Numbered from the stretch's first letter, positions 11,729-25,431 are shown. The stretch is 64,000 bases of DNA from Spizellomyces punctatus DAOM BR117 (GCA_000182565.2 KQ257457.1); one strand, 5' to 3'. Program-made: numbers and translations. Notes: generated from the sequence alone by a model not told the origin.

Positions 11729-14305
11729 ATGCCACAAGCTGCCACAATGAGTCCTCCCAAGGCCACGCCTGGATGGCTAGCAGATCTAGACACGCTGCGC
11801 AAATCTTCCAGGTCTCTCTTTCCAAAAGCGACCTCAACCTCGCAGCCTCGTTCAAAGCCGTCAAATGGGTACACTACGTCTGCGGGTGCTATCTGTCATG
11901 GGAGAGTGAACGATCTGGAATCCATGGTTCCCCCTCAGTGGTGGCAAACCGTTTTTGCGGATGCAATGTACCTGAAGACTGATGGAGATGTTGTTGAAGA
12001 TCCGGACATCACGAAAGAAGAGGTGGGACTCCTTGAAGCTGACAAGGGAATACAAAGCATCCTCCTGAGGGGGTCTGGAAAGGCGCATGAAGGTGAGCAG
12101 CGGAACACCATGCATTGGACAAATGACGAATTAGACTGGCATGCGACTAGTTTTGCGCCGCGTCGTCGATCATCGCTTCGCTCAAATACATATCAACCAA
12201 CTCTCTTCCGTTGCCTATCCGCTTCTCGTTACAACTCGTCTAGGTCGACCTGCACGGATTCTCGATCTATGCTGTGGACAAGGGCGACACGTGCTTCAAC
12301 TCGCCAAGGATTACCCACACCTTTCACTACACGGCCACGATCAGTCGTCATACCTGATATCCCTGGCTCAAGAACGGGCCGCTTCGCAGGGTTTGGCTGC
12401 AAAAACTGTTTTCACGGTTGGAGATTGTCGCCAGATTCCATATGCGGATGAGAGTTTTGACCTAGTCGTGGTGATGGGTAACTCATTTGGCTACTTTTCC
12501 GATGAAGATGGCGATCGCGTCGTTTTGAGGGAGATATTTCGTGTATTGGCTCCCGAAGGCCGGATGGTACTAGACTTAACGGACGGTGACTATATGAGAC
12601 AGAATTTTGCAGAGAGGAGTTGGGAATGGATTGATGACACAACTTTCGTCTGCCGAGAAAGGCAGCTCAGTAAGGATGGGCTAAGGTTGAGCTCAAGAGA
12701 AGTGGTCACATTGACCACCAAGGGAGTCATTCGGGATCAGTTTTACCGAGAGAGGCTCTACGGAAAGAAAGAGGTAGAAACGCTGGTGCAAGATATAGGA
12801 TTTAGCATCGTCGTCGATGAGAAGGAATCGGATCCAATCACGCTGGGGAAAGAGCTCAGCAAGCGAAAGGAGGACCTCGGCATGATGGAGCAGCGGGTGC
12901 TGGTAACTGCCGTCAAGCCTGCTCGCCAACTTAATGGGGACACACATGTGCTTCACTTGACCAATGGCACGCACCCTGTAATGGCAAAGTCGAATGGACT
13001 CCACCACCATAGTCATGGATTTTCAAATGGCCTAAGGACCAACGGCGAGCATACGAACCTGCCTGTTGACACTGCGGTGGCAAGTGGGTACCCGCATGGT
13101 NNNNNNNNNNNNNNNNNNNNNNNNNNNNNNNNNNNNNNNNNNNNNNNNNNNNNNNNNNNNNNNNNNNNNNNNNNNNNNNNNNNNNNNNNNNNNNNNNNNN
13201 AAGTCAACGCTGTTTTGGGAAACTTAACAATACTTGGAATCCCGAGGATATTGATACCCGTCGCAAGCTCCTTGTAGCTCTAAACGACCTTGGATACCCC
13301 CCAAGTGCGGTGAAGGTTTTGGACCGCCACGACCTTTACATACGCGAACTAAGTCAACGGCCTCCACAATTTGTTTTCAACCTTTGTGATGAGGGTTTCG
13401 ACAATGATGCTCTGAAGGAGCTTCATGTTCCAGCACTCCTCGATATGCTTAAAATTCCGTATTCTGGTGCAGGTCCGAACTGTCTAGCTTATTGCTACGA
13501 CAAAGGTCTCGTAAACCGAACTGCTGCCGCAATCGGAGTTCCAACCCCCAAGGAAACCTTTTATTTTGCGGACACAGCAACACCGGCTGTCCATGACATC
13601 TCGAACTTGCATGCGGTTATATCTAGAGAGATTGGCTACCCCGCTTTCATCAAGCCAGTGAAAGGTGACAATTCTCTGGGTATTACCGGCCGCTCGATCG
13701 TTAACAATGAGAAAGAATTGGATGCCTATATGGCCGAGCTGCGGTCAATTGGTATACGAGACGTCCTCGTACAAGAGTATCTGCAGGGTCCCGAATATGG
13801 AGTTGGAATGATCGGTAATCGCGAGACTGGATTCCATTTCTTTCCGATTCTCGAAGTAGACTATAGCCAGATAACGGCCAGGTCCCTTCCCCCAATCCTG
13901 GGATATGAGAGCAAATGGGACCCAAGCTCCCCCTACTGGACTGACATCACGTACAAGGAGGCGACGACGCTGTCAGCAAAATCGGTGTCAGACTTGCACG
14001 AATGGTGCATCGCTCTCTGGGATCGCTTCGAGTGCCGAGATTATGCAAGGTTTGACTTCCGGTCGGACAAACCGAATGGAACCATCAAACTACTTGAAGT
14101 CAATCCAAACCCTGGGTGGTGCTGGGACGGAAAATTAGCATATATGGGTAAGCTAGAGGGATTAGCGTATCGAGATGTCGTGGGAATGGTGCTTAAATCA
14201 GCTTGGGAGAGATTGAATGGGACTCCAACAAGCTCGAAAGCAAACGCGAATGGTCAGACGCATTCGGAAAATGGGGAGACTTGCGCATTGGTTGATGCAG
14301 CATAA
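11729..14305 (+). CDS. Class I SAM methyltransferase fused to a D-Ala-D-Ala ligase-like ATP-grasp domain (spans the N gap)
   Basis: WWQTVFADAMYLKTDGDVVED; ILDLCCGQGRH; VMGNSFGYF; then FVFNLCDEG, LDMLKIPYSG, YPAFIKP, VLVQEYL, RDYARFDFR and LLEVNPNPG. Confidence 0.85.
13101..13200. other. Assembly gap (100 N)
   Basis: Run of N. Confidence 1.
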
Positions 14306-15702
14306 TCTGGAATACACTTTGGAGAAAATCTCCACTGAAACTGTAGTGGATAAAGAAACAATGGACTTGAATACGGACTTTGTACTCTTATCATAGTTAC
14401 TATGATTAAATACAACTGCTGCCAGATAGATATTTTGGATTCTACCTGAAGATTGCTTTGGGCTTTTTGTTTGATTTGCATTTATGCTTACTTAAGCAGA
14501 CTTGTCTTGACTCCGCTCATATCTTTTAGTTAAACATGATCTTGACAGTTTACCAACCGGATCGTAAGCCTTAACTTTTGAGGGTACACTTGGACAACTG
14601 TCCTCATGCGTGTTAGACCTTCGCGCCATTTGAATCGAACCCTCAGAAAATGGAATTATTCCATACGCGATCTCTATATCTTTAATAAATTGCGGAAATC
14701 TCAAGAAAAACAATAACGCTTTGACCAGATCTAGTACATCCCAGAACGTTCATTGGTCGATATCCACATACCACGCACGATAGGAAGCTTTCCATTCATA
14801 CCCACCTGCCATTGTCCTTGTATACATGTTTGCATTTGCTTCCGCGATTTGCGATTTGCCAAGAGTAGGCCCAGCCGGCAGGCAGTATAGTGCTCTGGTG
14901 TGCCGAGAATCGAATCGATAAACCCATTCTTTACCGGAGGTTGAGTGTGTCTTGCTTTTTGTTTTTTCACGCGCTCGCCCGCTCGGGCCGCTGTGATCAT
15001 CGCATCAATTACATCATCGGTGCCCTGGGTGAAGGATATAGGACGATGAGCCCTTTCCAATGTCGCAGTCTGCATTTTGCATTTTTTTTCTGCATATGGA
15101 GATGGTATTTGAAAATGTGTCTCTAGTATCCATTCAAGCATATAAGCGGTAGCTCATTAGTTTGGATACGCGGAACCTTGCAGATTGAACTTTAATGGAC
15201 ATTGGCCAACAACATCCATGAACTGCCTGCATTTCCGATGAGAGGCAGTCGCGAGTCCAAGTTGGCCCGGATGGAAGACATTTTGTCACCCTCCATGGAA
15301 CAAAAACAAATGAAAGACCTGCATAAAGGATGAGGGAACGTGTAAGAATGATGCGATGTCTTAACTGATAATCCCTTCTTTCCATGGATTACTGCCTTGT
15401 TTGCGATCTGTAACTACATCAGTTTTGCCAACGTGCGACTACAAGCCGTCCTAGCCCGTCTGGAACAATATCGATATGAGTTAGCCCAGATCGTGCCGGT
15501 AAATCCAATGTTTGCTGGCCAAGACTGGCCAAGACTGGGCGCCCAGCATAAAAAGACATGGGCTCGGACGGCTCCCTCCTTCCACCTCACTCCCCAACCT
15601 CATATTTTCACTCTCTCTGTACATTAATCTATCCCGCGTAGTCTGTACAATTTAGTAGTATCATATTCCATCGTTTTCAATTTGCTGCTTACCGAACGGA
15701 AA

Positions 15703-16730
15703 ATGAAGGCTCAACTTCTCGCACTGGCGATGGCCGGATCGGCCCTTGCAATTCCTCAAGGCGCGATACCAGCAGTTCTCGACACGATCCTGTCTGAACT
15801 TGAAACAACCACAACAACAGGCACTACGGCCACGGCGACTGCGACTGCCACCAGCGCTATCGGCGATGTTTTGCCTCTTGCACGACACCGCCTGAGAAAC
15901 AGACACTTTGGTCCCTGGGCATCTGTTAACGCGAGTAAAACAGCTCCCGCGTGGGGAGATTGGGTTGCAACAACCGCAGCAACAGCTACAGCCACTGCCA
16001 CGATCGAGGCAACCACAACCGGAACCGCGACTGCCATCGCCCCTGTTGCTCCTATCCCAGTCGTCCGTCGCAACTGGAAGTTCCATCGCGCCCCTTTGAA
16101 GCAAGCTGTTGCTTTTAAGCGCACCGACGACGGTGATGATGACAAAGATTGGGAGGACGATAAGAAGGACCGTCCTCATCATCGTCACCACAGGAGGACA
16201 ACCACGGAAACTGCTACGGAGACTGCCACGGAAACAGCTACCGAGACTGCAACTACCGAGACTGCCACAGAAACAGCTACTGAGACTGCAACTACCGAGA
16301 CTGCAACCACCGCAACGGCCACTCTGTTTGATGCCACTGAGACCGGAATAGAAGTCATTCCAGTCAAACGTTTCCGTCGTCACAACACTCCCCAACAAGA
16401 CAGGGACCATGACCATGGCTTTGAAGTAACGACAACGACCACGGAGACCGCAACCGCTACTGAAACCGCGACTGAAACCGCGACTGCAACCACCACGACA
16501 ACTGCCCTATTTGATGTCCTAGCTACCGAAGTCCCCTTTGTTCCAATCAAGGCTCGTCATTTCGATGACGAAGACGATGACCACGATGATGATTGTGAAG
16601 ACGGTGAAGAAACGACTACGGACACGGCCATAGTCACAGCCACGACGGAAACTGTTACGGTAACGGAAACGGTCGCAGCAAGCACAACTACCATTGACTG
16701 GTTGGAGATCTTGAAGACCGAGCTCCCCAA
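15703..16730 (+). CDS. Secreted Thr-rich repeat (mucin-like) protein; 3' end lost in the gap
   Basis: Signal peptide MKAQLLALAMAGSALA; (TETA)n tracts alternating with basic and His/Asp-rich segments. Confidence 0.8.
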
Positions 16731-17688
16731 NNNNNNNNNNNNNNNNNNNNNNNNNNNNNNNNNNNNNNNNNNNNNNNNNNNNNNNNNNNNNNNNNNNNNN
16801 NNNNNNNNNNNNNNNNNNNNNNNNNNNNNNNNNNNNNNNNNNNNNNNNNNNNNNNNNNNNNNNNNNNNNNNNNNNNNNNNNNNNNNNNNNNNNNNNNNNN
16901 NNNNNNNNNNNNNNNNNNNNNNNNNNNNNNNNNNNNNNNNNNNNNNNNNNNNNNNNNNNNNNNNNNNNNNNNNNNNNNNNNNNNNNNNNNNNNNNNNNNN
17001 NNNNNNNNNNNNNNNNNNNNNNNNNNNNNNNNNNNNNNNNNNNNNNNNNNNNNNNNNNNNNNNNNNNNNNNNNNNNNNNNNNNNNNNNNNNNNNNNNNNN
17101 NNNNNNNNNNNNNNNNNNNNNNNNNNNNNNNNNNNNNNNNNNNNNNNNNNNNNNNNNNNNNNNNNNNNNNNNNNNNNNNNNNNNNNNNNNNNNNNNNNNN
17201 NNNNNNNNNNNNNNNNNNNNNNNNNNNNNNNNNNNNNNNNNNNNNNNNNNNNNNNNNNNNNNNNNNNNNNNNNNNNNNNNNNNNNNNNNNNNNNNNNNNN
17301 NNNNNNNNNNNNNNNNNNNNNNNNNNNNNNNNNNNNNNNNNNNNNNNNNNNNNNNNNNNNNNNNNNNNNNNNNNNNNNNNNNNNNNNNNNNNNNNNNNNN
17401 NNNNNNNNNNNNNNNNNNNNNNNNNNNNNNNNNNNNNNNNNNNNNNNNNNNNNNNNNNNNNNNNNNNNNNNNNNNNNNNNNNNNNNNNNNNNNNNNNNNN
17501 NNNNNNNNNNNNNNNNNNNNNNNNNNNNNNNNNNNNNNNNNNNNNNNNNNNNNNNNNNNNNNNNNNNNNNNNNNNNNNNNNNNNNNNNNNNNNNNNNNNN
17601 NNNNNNNNNNNNNNNNNNNNNNNNNNNNNNNNNNNNNNNNNNNNNNNNNNNNNNNNNNNNNNNNNNNNNNNNNNNNNNNNNNNNNNNN
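16731..17688. other. Assembly gap (958 N)
   Basis: Run of N. Confidence 1.
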
Positions 17689-17749
17689 TTCTATTTAATG
17701 CCGTCCCCTTGATCCTCACCCGCCTGTGAGTTGATTCCTGCCAACGGCT

Positions 17750-19589
17750 TTAGTGTTCCATAGACTTGCCACGAACTCTTCTAGTTGTCGTAGATCCTTG
17801 GATGGCTGCACCTTCCGTCACCGATATCGGTGAAATGAGGTCATCAACGCCGGCACGTTGTTGTACTCGAACTTCCGGAGCTATTTTTTTAGGTGGTCCG
17901 GGAGCAAAGGTCATAACCAGCACAACCAACGCTCCCATTGCAAATGCTGCACCACTATAGGCTGCGGAACTGCCCAATATCCAGTAATTGGTGCACGCAA
18001 AGATTGGTCCCAGAGATCGCCCCAGCTGTCCGACACTACGGAACTTTCCGAGAACTTGCCCTCGATCACTGTTGTCTTCCGCGGTCGCATCTACTGTCTT
18101 TTCCCCAGCTCCGGTTTCATAGCTCACAAGGGACGTCAATCCAGTAACAACGGTCCCGCTTGTGAAGGCCAGAAATGCAGCGCCCAGATATAGCCAACCT
18201 AAGCTATACGCTTGAACTCCTAGTACTGCTAGCCCGATCCCGCAAGCCGCAATGCCCTGAGCTACGAGGGTCCGTTCATGAACGCGTTTATGAGCCACAC
18301 GACGCGTATATCCACCCTGCACCAAGGCAGATAACACGCCAATAAACGCTAAAAGCCGGCCCTGTTGCCCGTGTGAGAAACCAAACCGATCATGGGTCAG
18401 GAAGGTCAGAGTGAACTCCATTCCAGAGAAGAAGAACAGGAAAAGAAAATGAATGAGACTGAGCGCCCACAGTTTCCGATCCGACTTTGACATTGCCTTT
18501 CCTGCACTAGCCACCGCAGGATTGGCTTTGTTGGCCAAGCGTGCCGAGCGTCGGGGACTTGCGGCGGCATCAGAGGATCGTTTGTCACTTGAAGATCTGA
18601 AGTTGATGGTTTCCGGTAGAGAAACTCCCAAATAGATAGTTTCAATTACGATCAGGATGAACGCGAACAGAGCCGGGCTTGAGTATCGGTTGATCGGCAA
18701 ACCTTCCAGAGCGGGAATCAATTCTATCAGATCAAAGGACGTGAAGTATGCGCCTAGTGGGGGGCCAACGGTGAACCCCAAGGAAAACGCTATTCCAACC
18801 AAAGCCTGCAAGTAGAAAGTTCATGTAAGTCCTTCAGGGGATGTTGGCGTGGCTTCACCCACCAATCCGCGAGATCTTGTTTCAGGCGTAGTGACATCCG
18901 AGATCATTGCGATCGACATTTGCACATTTCCTTCAGTCAGCCCTCCAATTATTCTTGACCATACAAACGTAGTAAATGAGCCAGAAAAAATCCATAGCAG
19001 CATCGATACCCCATTTCCAAGCTGCAAACTACCCATTAGCCCCTCCTCTAATTCACACGACAAAAGACAGATTACTGACCATGCTTAGCAATAAGACGCT
19101 TCGTCGTCCATATTTGTCACTCAACCGCCCAATAATGGGACTGCTGATAAATTGGAGGAAGGAGAAGAGAGACCCAAGGGCACCGCCAAAGAGAATGATA
19201 TCAAGCCGCGATCCCGAGACTCCCAGCATGTCGCGGAAGGACTGAATTACCGTACGCATGCGAAAGTACGTTGAAGACTATAACATTGAATAGCCATGAG
19301 GAGACAAGTTTATCGATCTACACACAAGATACGACTACGCTGCTGGCATCTCGTTCACCAGCACTCTCGCCAGTCATGCCCAAATGCGCACAACCATCTC
19401 ACATACCTCGTTCGCACCGTCCACCTGCTCATAATGCTCCAACAACCGCGGAAACAGGGGTAGTATGATGGTAAACGCTAGGATATCGATCAAGAGAGCA
19501 CAAAAGACCGTCGTCAACGTTTTGCGAACAAATTGTTGCCGTTCAGGCGAATTCGCTGGGAGCTCCTTCCAGCTGACGCGATGGCCCAT
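17750..19589 (-). CDS. MFS transporter, MFSD10/tetracycline-efflux-like, multi-exon
   Basis: LLIDILAFTIILPLFP; MFS motif A GRLSDKYGRR; RIIGGLTEGNVQMSIAMISDVT; GFTVGPPLG. Confidence 0.9.
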
Positions 19590-19917
19590 GTTTGCTTGTA
19601 CAATGTTTGCAAATGGTGGCCTGGATGTTTGGGCAGATGCCAAGAGAGCACACCAGCCGAGACCGTCCTATACCACTGAGTTTCATTATGATTCAAATGC
19701 ACTGGAACCTGTCAAAACAAGCCAAGTGCTTCGAATGGCCAACCGAGTAAAGGCTCAGGTAAATAGAAAGTTATATAATGTATTTCCATTCTTCTTGCTA
19801 TTTATTACGTTTACCACCACCACTTCAAAGTACAAGATTCATCATCACCGTTCCATTCCTTTCAAATACAGTCTACTATCCAGTCATCCTGGCCGATCAT
19901 CAGTCAGGCCCGAGGGT

Positions 19918-21467
19918 TTAATGTCCGACAGTGTCAGCGCGAGAGAAGGCTGCTGCAGCCGGTGCGGCTACAGGGGTTTCTGGCTTCCGAACGAGAAAGA
20001 AAAACATGGGAGTAAATATCTCCTGCTGACCAGCCTTGACGAGAGCATCCGCAGCAAGGTTGAGCAGGGAAGACACCTTGCGCGTTCCCGAGGGTGCCAT
20101 GCGAAGGGTCTCCAGAGTCAGCACCATTTTGTCAGTCATCCTGTGGGAAAAGTAATATTAGAGAAGCCAAAACATTCGAGTTTAGAGGATGCTTACCATC
20201 GACCAAGTGGAGTCATTCTCCAGCGGTGCAGCTGTTCCAGGTTCAAAGAGTAGCTTCCTTGTAGGGGAAGGTACCAGGGATCTTGTGCCTCTTGGAGAGG
20301 TGCCTCAGAAGAGGCCAAATCGCAGTACTCTATGATCTCAAAGCCCAAGGTCTTCAATACCGTTAGGCATTGGGGGACAGTGTACAGCTTGGAAATTGAG
20401 TTACCCTCCTGTATAATCGGCAGAACGGTATAAGATGATGAAAATCACTTTGATGCACCGCTCTTGCATACCTCTACATCGTGGATAATCTTTTTCTGTG
20501 CTGGGTTGGTTTCATCATAGCGGTCGGTTGTTAGCCATTCGTAGCAGGCAAACATGCCACCAGGCTTAAGCACACGGAAGACCTCGCCGTACACGTTCTC
20601 AAGGCGAGATGCGTGGCAGCAGGCTTCAATAGCATATGCAGCATCAAGAGAGTTTGATGGGAAGGGCATGTTTTGGAAATCTCCCTAGGAAACCATCATT
20701 TGTGTTAAAAATGCATGCGCTAGTAGTAGCTATGAGTTAATCAATTTCTAGGTTACCTTTACGGCTTTGCAGAGGCTAGATAGGCCAGCCTCCTTTGCCA
20801 AATGCCTGCAACGCTCGACTTGATACGCATTGTTGTTGAGACCAGTTACATATGCGCCGCTGAACTTTGCAATCTCTCGCAAAGGACCACCTAAGAAATT
20901 CTGACGTTAGAAGAAAGGGTTGCAATGTAATTTAGTGCGAGCCAAACACTCACCAACACCACAGCCGACATCCACACACTCCATTCCGGGCTTCAGACCC
21001 AGTTTCAACGCGAGGTAGTGCTCATGCTGAGAGATGCATTGTTTGAAACTCGACTCACGGAACATACGGGCAAAGTGGAAGGACGTTCCCCAACCTACAA
21101 ACAGTTCGCGAGCATATTAGAGAATGTTGAGTAAGCGTCGCATGGCGCTATGATGGCACCAGATGCGCACCAAGTGAGCAACTATATGGAGAGACTGAGT
21201 CTACTCACCATATTCGTAAAAGTCCGTCACCAAATCGTAAAAGTGATTTGTAAGTTTATCCGAGTTCGACCGCCGCTCCGCAACCGAGTTTTCAGTGTTT
21301 TCAAGGGACTTGCGATCAGAGTCCCAGTACTGATAATATGAGTCTACGGTAAGCTTGTGCGAGCTGGTGTCGGTGTTCTTCTTGCGAAGGCGAAGAAGGA
21401 AAGAGCCGAGCTCGGGATCTTGGACAGGAGTTGGGAGGGTCCCGTTGGTGGTAGCGGTTCGGGTCAT
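19918..21467 (-). CDS. ERG6: Sterol 24-C-methyltransferase, multi-exon
   Basis: FYDLVTDFYEYGWGTSFHFA; DVGCGVGGP; GLNNNAYQ; AYAIEACCHA; YGEVFRVLKPGG; EIFTPMFFFLVRKP. Confidence 0.95.
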
Positions 21468-21873
21468 GGTTGTGATGGTCTAAAAAGCTGTAAACCAAAA
21501 GTCAGGAATTGTTCCTGATAGTCCAATTGCAGACAGCACATGGATTACCAATAGATGACAATGTTCGTCGACTATCGTCAAACGTTGTAGGGCAGATAGA
21601 TAAACAAGTGGGCAGCAAAAGTCAGTACTGCCTGCTAAAAAGCAGAAGAAAGGAAGGGAGGATGATTGAACGAGCTGCAAAGCAACAGTAATCAACCTCT
21701 ATATACTACGTAGCTGAAACCATCGTTATTATCGTACGTTTGATTAGAAGGGCAGTCCACACCAATCCCCTGCAGGAGGCTCCTGGTTGGTTGGATACCA
21801 TTCTCGCAACTGCCTTATTAAAAATGCTCATGGTTCCACGCTCACCCTGAGTGCCTTTCCCCTGCACACTCTT

Positions 21874-23356
21874 TTACCCCAAAGTGCTAGAATTACAAGC
21901 AGCGTGCAATGGCCGCGTCGTGCCATAGCACGCGTCAGCCCATCGCTCTATCGGACCACTCGCCCCTTGGCCTCCTCTGCCCAACAACAGCTCGTTAGTC
22001 ACCGCCATTCGGACAACGGCCAAGAACCCGAGAGTGGTCGACAGCGTTTTTTGCACAGCTCCCTCGGAAGAATTTAGCCGTTTGTAGCTATGGCCCTGAA
22101 TCTACGAATGTACGATGAAATGCTTTGGCGAGTGCATTGGAGACGTCAATTGTAATTGACTTTTTAACTGGTAACCCCAAGCTTTGCATAGATAAAGGTA
22201 CCATGATGTCCTTCGCTATGTATGGACATTGGAAGTCTGCCCATCAAAGGGTATCAAGAAAGGTCAAGAACGACATTGGTGACGTGATTTCAAAGCGATC
22301 AACGCACCGACAAACGATACAACAGGTAAATTGCTGTAATCAAAGAATTGTTGAGCGTTTGAACAAACCGCTTCCTGGGATTCCGGGCGGTAATCCATTG
22401 CAGAATTTGAACATGTCTCCAAGCAATAACTGCATGCTCATAAGAACCCCTCGCATTCAATCCCCCGCAAGCTTCTCGGCTCACTGAACGTTCGGTTCGT
22501 GTCACATGGCACGATCGTCCTGCGCAACACAGCGGTGGAACTCGTCATCAAGCCCAAGCAGCGTTTTCGACCGGAAGGAGCACCAACTTCATCTGAAAAA
22601 TGGTCACTTAGCCTACTGGCGTATGCCTTAGATACGTTGCGTTCAGAGACGAGCCAAGCAGAAGGCTAATCAGTCCCAAACCTCACTCATGATTAGGGTT
22701 AGGGTCGAAAACTACAAAATTGTGATGCAGCGGAAAGACTGCAGTGCTACCTATGAAAGCCTTACCGCAACCAGCGGTAGGCACCTGACACAGTTTTTTA
22801 AGATTTAGGACAATTGGGTTGGGTTCTATCGACTTAGAAATCCAGCATGAAGTTTCAAAACTGTATTGCAATCCGGACAAGAAGGTTTACTTTGCTATAT
22901 GCCCATATCCATAAGCTTTAGGAGAAAACCACCATCCTACCAAGTCCAGCCCACCTTTTGCCCTTCTTCAAGTGCTTGGGTGATCAGTTTCCAGGAGTGT
23001 ATATATTTGAGAATCTCGCATTGCGATTTACTGCGACCTGCTAGTAGGTAGCCCAACCGATCCAGATAGCACAACCGAATACCATGTGGTAAACATATGG
23101 TACGACGGTCTATTCTTGTGATATACGTAGATGAACATTCGTGAGGATGCATCGCAAGCTCTCGGAACGTATTCTGTGCTTCAAACACCGCAATTTCGTG
23201 ACTTATTGTACTTGATGTCTCAGGAAGCACATTTGCAAACGCAATCCTTAATCGATCAGCACTTGCTATGTCGTTTATCGAACGTATTATCAGTGCGATA
23301 ACTTCCGCTGGAAGATTTGACATACATGGCCCTTCCTTGGTGGCCAGATCTGGCAT
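21874..23356 (-). CDS. Hypothetical protein with an F-box-like N-terminal segment (gene model uncertain)
   Basis: SNLPAEVIALII resembles an F-box start; downstream exons not resolved. Confidence 0.3.
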
Positions 23357-23973
23357 TGCTTTCTGTCATTGGTAGGGTAAGAAAATAAAAAATAAAGTAA
23401 CATGTATTAGGCAATATAGGCATTACCTTTACACCAAAGGTTGTTTGTACGGTAAATCTAGTTGATCATGAACAAGTCGGCAACCTGTGGCTGACGTAAA
23501 GCCGATCAACTCCGCTGACTGTCCAGGCATCTTATAACATTAGCAGCCATTTTGGTTATTGTGTCGACTTTGCACATATCGTGCAGCAAAATATGGAAAA
23601 CATGAATATTTCGTTCCTAGCCAGAATGGTTCTTATCGAACATGAATAGTGTCATTCTAAGGCCGCCGTAAAAGTTGACGACACTACAGGACTTGAATCA
23701 TTTATGCTTGAGCGTAGCAAATGCGTGGAGCGTTTCTTCCGTTCTCAGGGTGATTTTGTCTGCCATCATACCAGCACTCTTGCCCAGCGGCCCTTCGGCC
23801 CTTCGCACAACCTTGTTTGGTGTCTTAAGTATATGCCCCTACCTCAGATCAGTGACGAACAGAAGCTGGCGTTTATTTTCCATGTGGTCTACATACAAAC
23901 TATAACTATGTAAACGACTACCTAGATCAGTATAGTTGACTTGAACTAGTGTAAACAGGCGGTTTACACTTTT

Positions 23974-25431
23974 TCACGTTTCACTTGACGGCCGCAGACC
24001 CAATAACGGTCGCATGCTCTCAAGCACTAGCCGCATCGTTTCTACACTTCTCAAAGTATCTGAAAGAGATCTATAATGAACGTCAGATTCATCTGAGCCT
24101 AATCTAGAAGGCACGACGTCTAACGACTGCTGGCTGTCAGTAATCGCTGCTAAACGCAGAAGTGGATACGGAATAAAGGAGGTATATTTCCCGGCTCCAG
24201 TCCCTAAGAAACTTGTTGCGATACTTGCCAACCTTCTTTGAGATGGGTCTAATACCATAGTGAGGAAAGGATCGTCTGAACCTGGCATCGTGGCATAGCC
24301 GAAAGGATGTGCAGCCTTGAAAGGCGCGGCGTAAACTGGAAACGAGGACGCTGATGATAGTGGTGGGAGACTCGGAACTAGAAAGGATGCGCACAACCTC
24401 CCGTCAACAGGCTCAGCCTGCGTGCGAACGGTTTTCAAGTCACCTCTTGGGTTCGCTCGTAAACTAGATGCTGTATCGGTATTCACATCCTGCATCTCAC
24501 TCAGAACAATCTCCGGATGACGACGGATCCGCGATCCCCATGGCCGGACCACCACATACATTGATCCCAAGGAACTCTCCTGGTCGCCGGAAGCGTGATC
24601 ATTTGATATCGATCTGTACATATCCGTCCTCCGGTAATGACTTGACTCTGTATCCCGCGATTGTGCGGAATCAGAGGATTGTCGGTTGTCCCAACCAGGT
24701 ATTTCTGCGGCTGCTGCGGTGCCATCTTCATCTAGTGTATCATTCGATTGGTGTATGAGCGGCAAACGCTCGCCGTCAAGGCGTCTTAATCCTGCCTGTT
24801 CTCTTCGGATGTCTCCCCTGTCATCATGATGGTCTCTGTTAAGCTTGCGGTCCCTTCCTACAGGTGCGACCTCATGAGCTCTGGGAGGGAGCAAACGGCG
24901 TCTTCTCAATCTCGTTGTTTCTGACAAGTCTCCATTGCTGCGAATCACACTAATCGCTTGCGGGTCGGTTCGTTTTCCGTGCCATCTTGCGTTCTCGCCT
25001 TGACCGAGTAGTCCCTGCGATTGACTGGGAATGGCAATTTCAGTCTGATCCCTATCTGCAGGAATACTCCCCCTTCGAGTACAAGATAATTGGCTGTCTC
25101 GTGTATTCACGGCGTCCGATGTTGACGGACCTTCATCGCGACACCACCATTCCCTGGAGCACGAACGACTACTGGCCCTACAGGAAGCGGAATATGGGCG
25201 CGAAATATTGATACTGGGGAGAGAAACGGCATGGCGTGAATACGTCCTTCTTGCGTGTTCTTCACAAGCTGATGGAAGCTCTGTGTACATATCGTTACAG
25301 CCGATCCCTTTGTAATCACCCCTATTATCATTCGCTCTATACTTGAGAAAGTTGGATGAGAACCCTGAAAATGGTGAATATGTCGAGACACGGGTGTAGT
25401 TGGGGGTACCGTTTGCTGTTCGGTTATTCAC
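23974..25431 (-). CDS. Hypothetical disordered Ser/Arg/Asp-rich protein
   Basis: 485 aa open frame with no recognisable domain; start uncertain. Confidence 0.4.
   Translation of the reverse strand: MNNRTANGTPNYTRVSTYSPFSGFSSNFLKYRANDNRGDYKGIGCNDMYTELPSACEEHARRTYSRHAVSLPSINISRPYSASCRASSRSCSREWWCRDEGPSTSDAVNTRDSQLSCTRRGSIPADRDQTEIAIPSQSQGLLGQGENARWHGKRTDPQAISVIRSNGDLSETTRLRRRRLLPPRAHEVAPVGRDRKLNRDHHDDRGDIRREQAGLRRLDGERLPLIHQSNDTLDEDGTAAAAEIPGWDNRQSSDSAQSRDTESSHYRRTDMYRSISNDHASGDQESSLGSMYVVVRPWGSRIRRHPEIVLSEMQDVNTDTASSLRANPRGDLKTVRTQAEPVDGRLCASFLVPSLPPLSSASSFPVYAAPFKAAHPFGYATMPGSDDPFLTMVLDPSQRRLASIATSFLGTGAGKYTSFIPYPLLRLAAITDSQQSLDVVPSRLGSDESDVHYRSLSDTLRSVETMRLVLESMRPLLGLRPSSET

Noticed and set aside
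14492-15385. Short minus-strand ORFs between the ligase and the Thr-rich gene
   Set aside because: No recognisable motifs or consistent exon chain.
16198-16500. CRISPR-like or satellite array
   Set aside because: Degenerate codon-level repeats encoding TETA tracts, with no repeat-spacer structure.
16688-17719. Long ORFs spanning 16.7-17.7 kb
   Set aside because: Artefacts of translating through the N gap.
3766-21467. Sterol gene cluster (desaturase-like gene plus ERG6)
   Set aside because: About 15 kb apart with unrelated genes between; no evidence of clustering.
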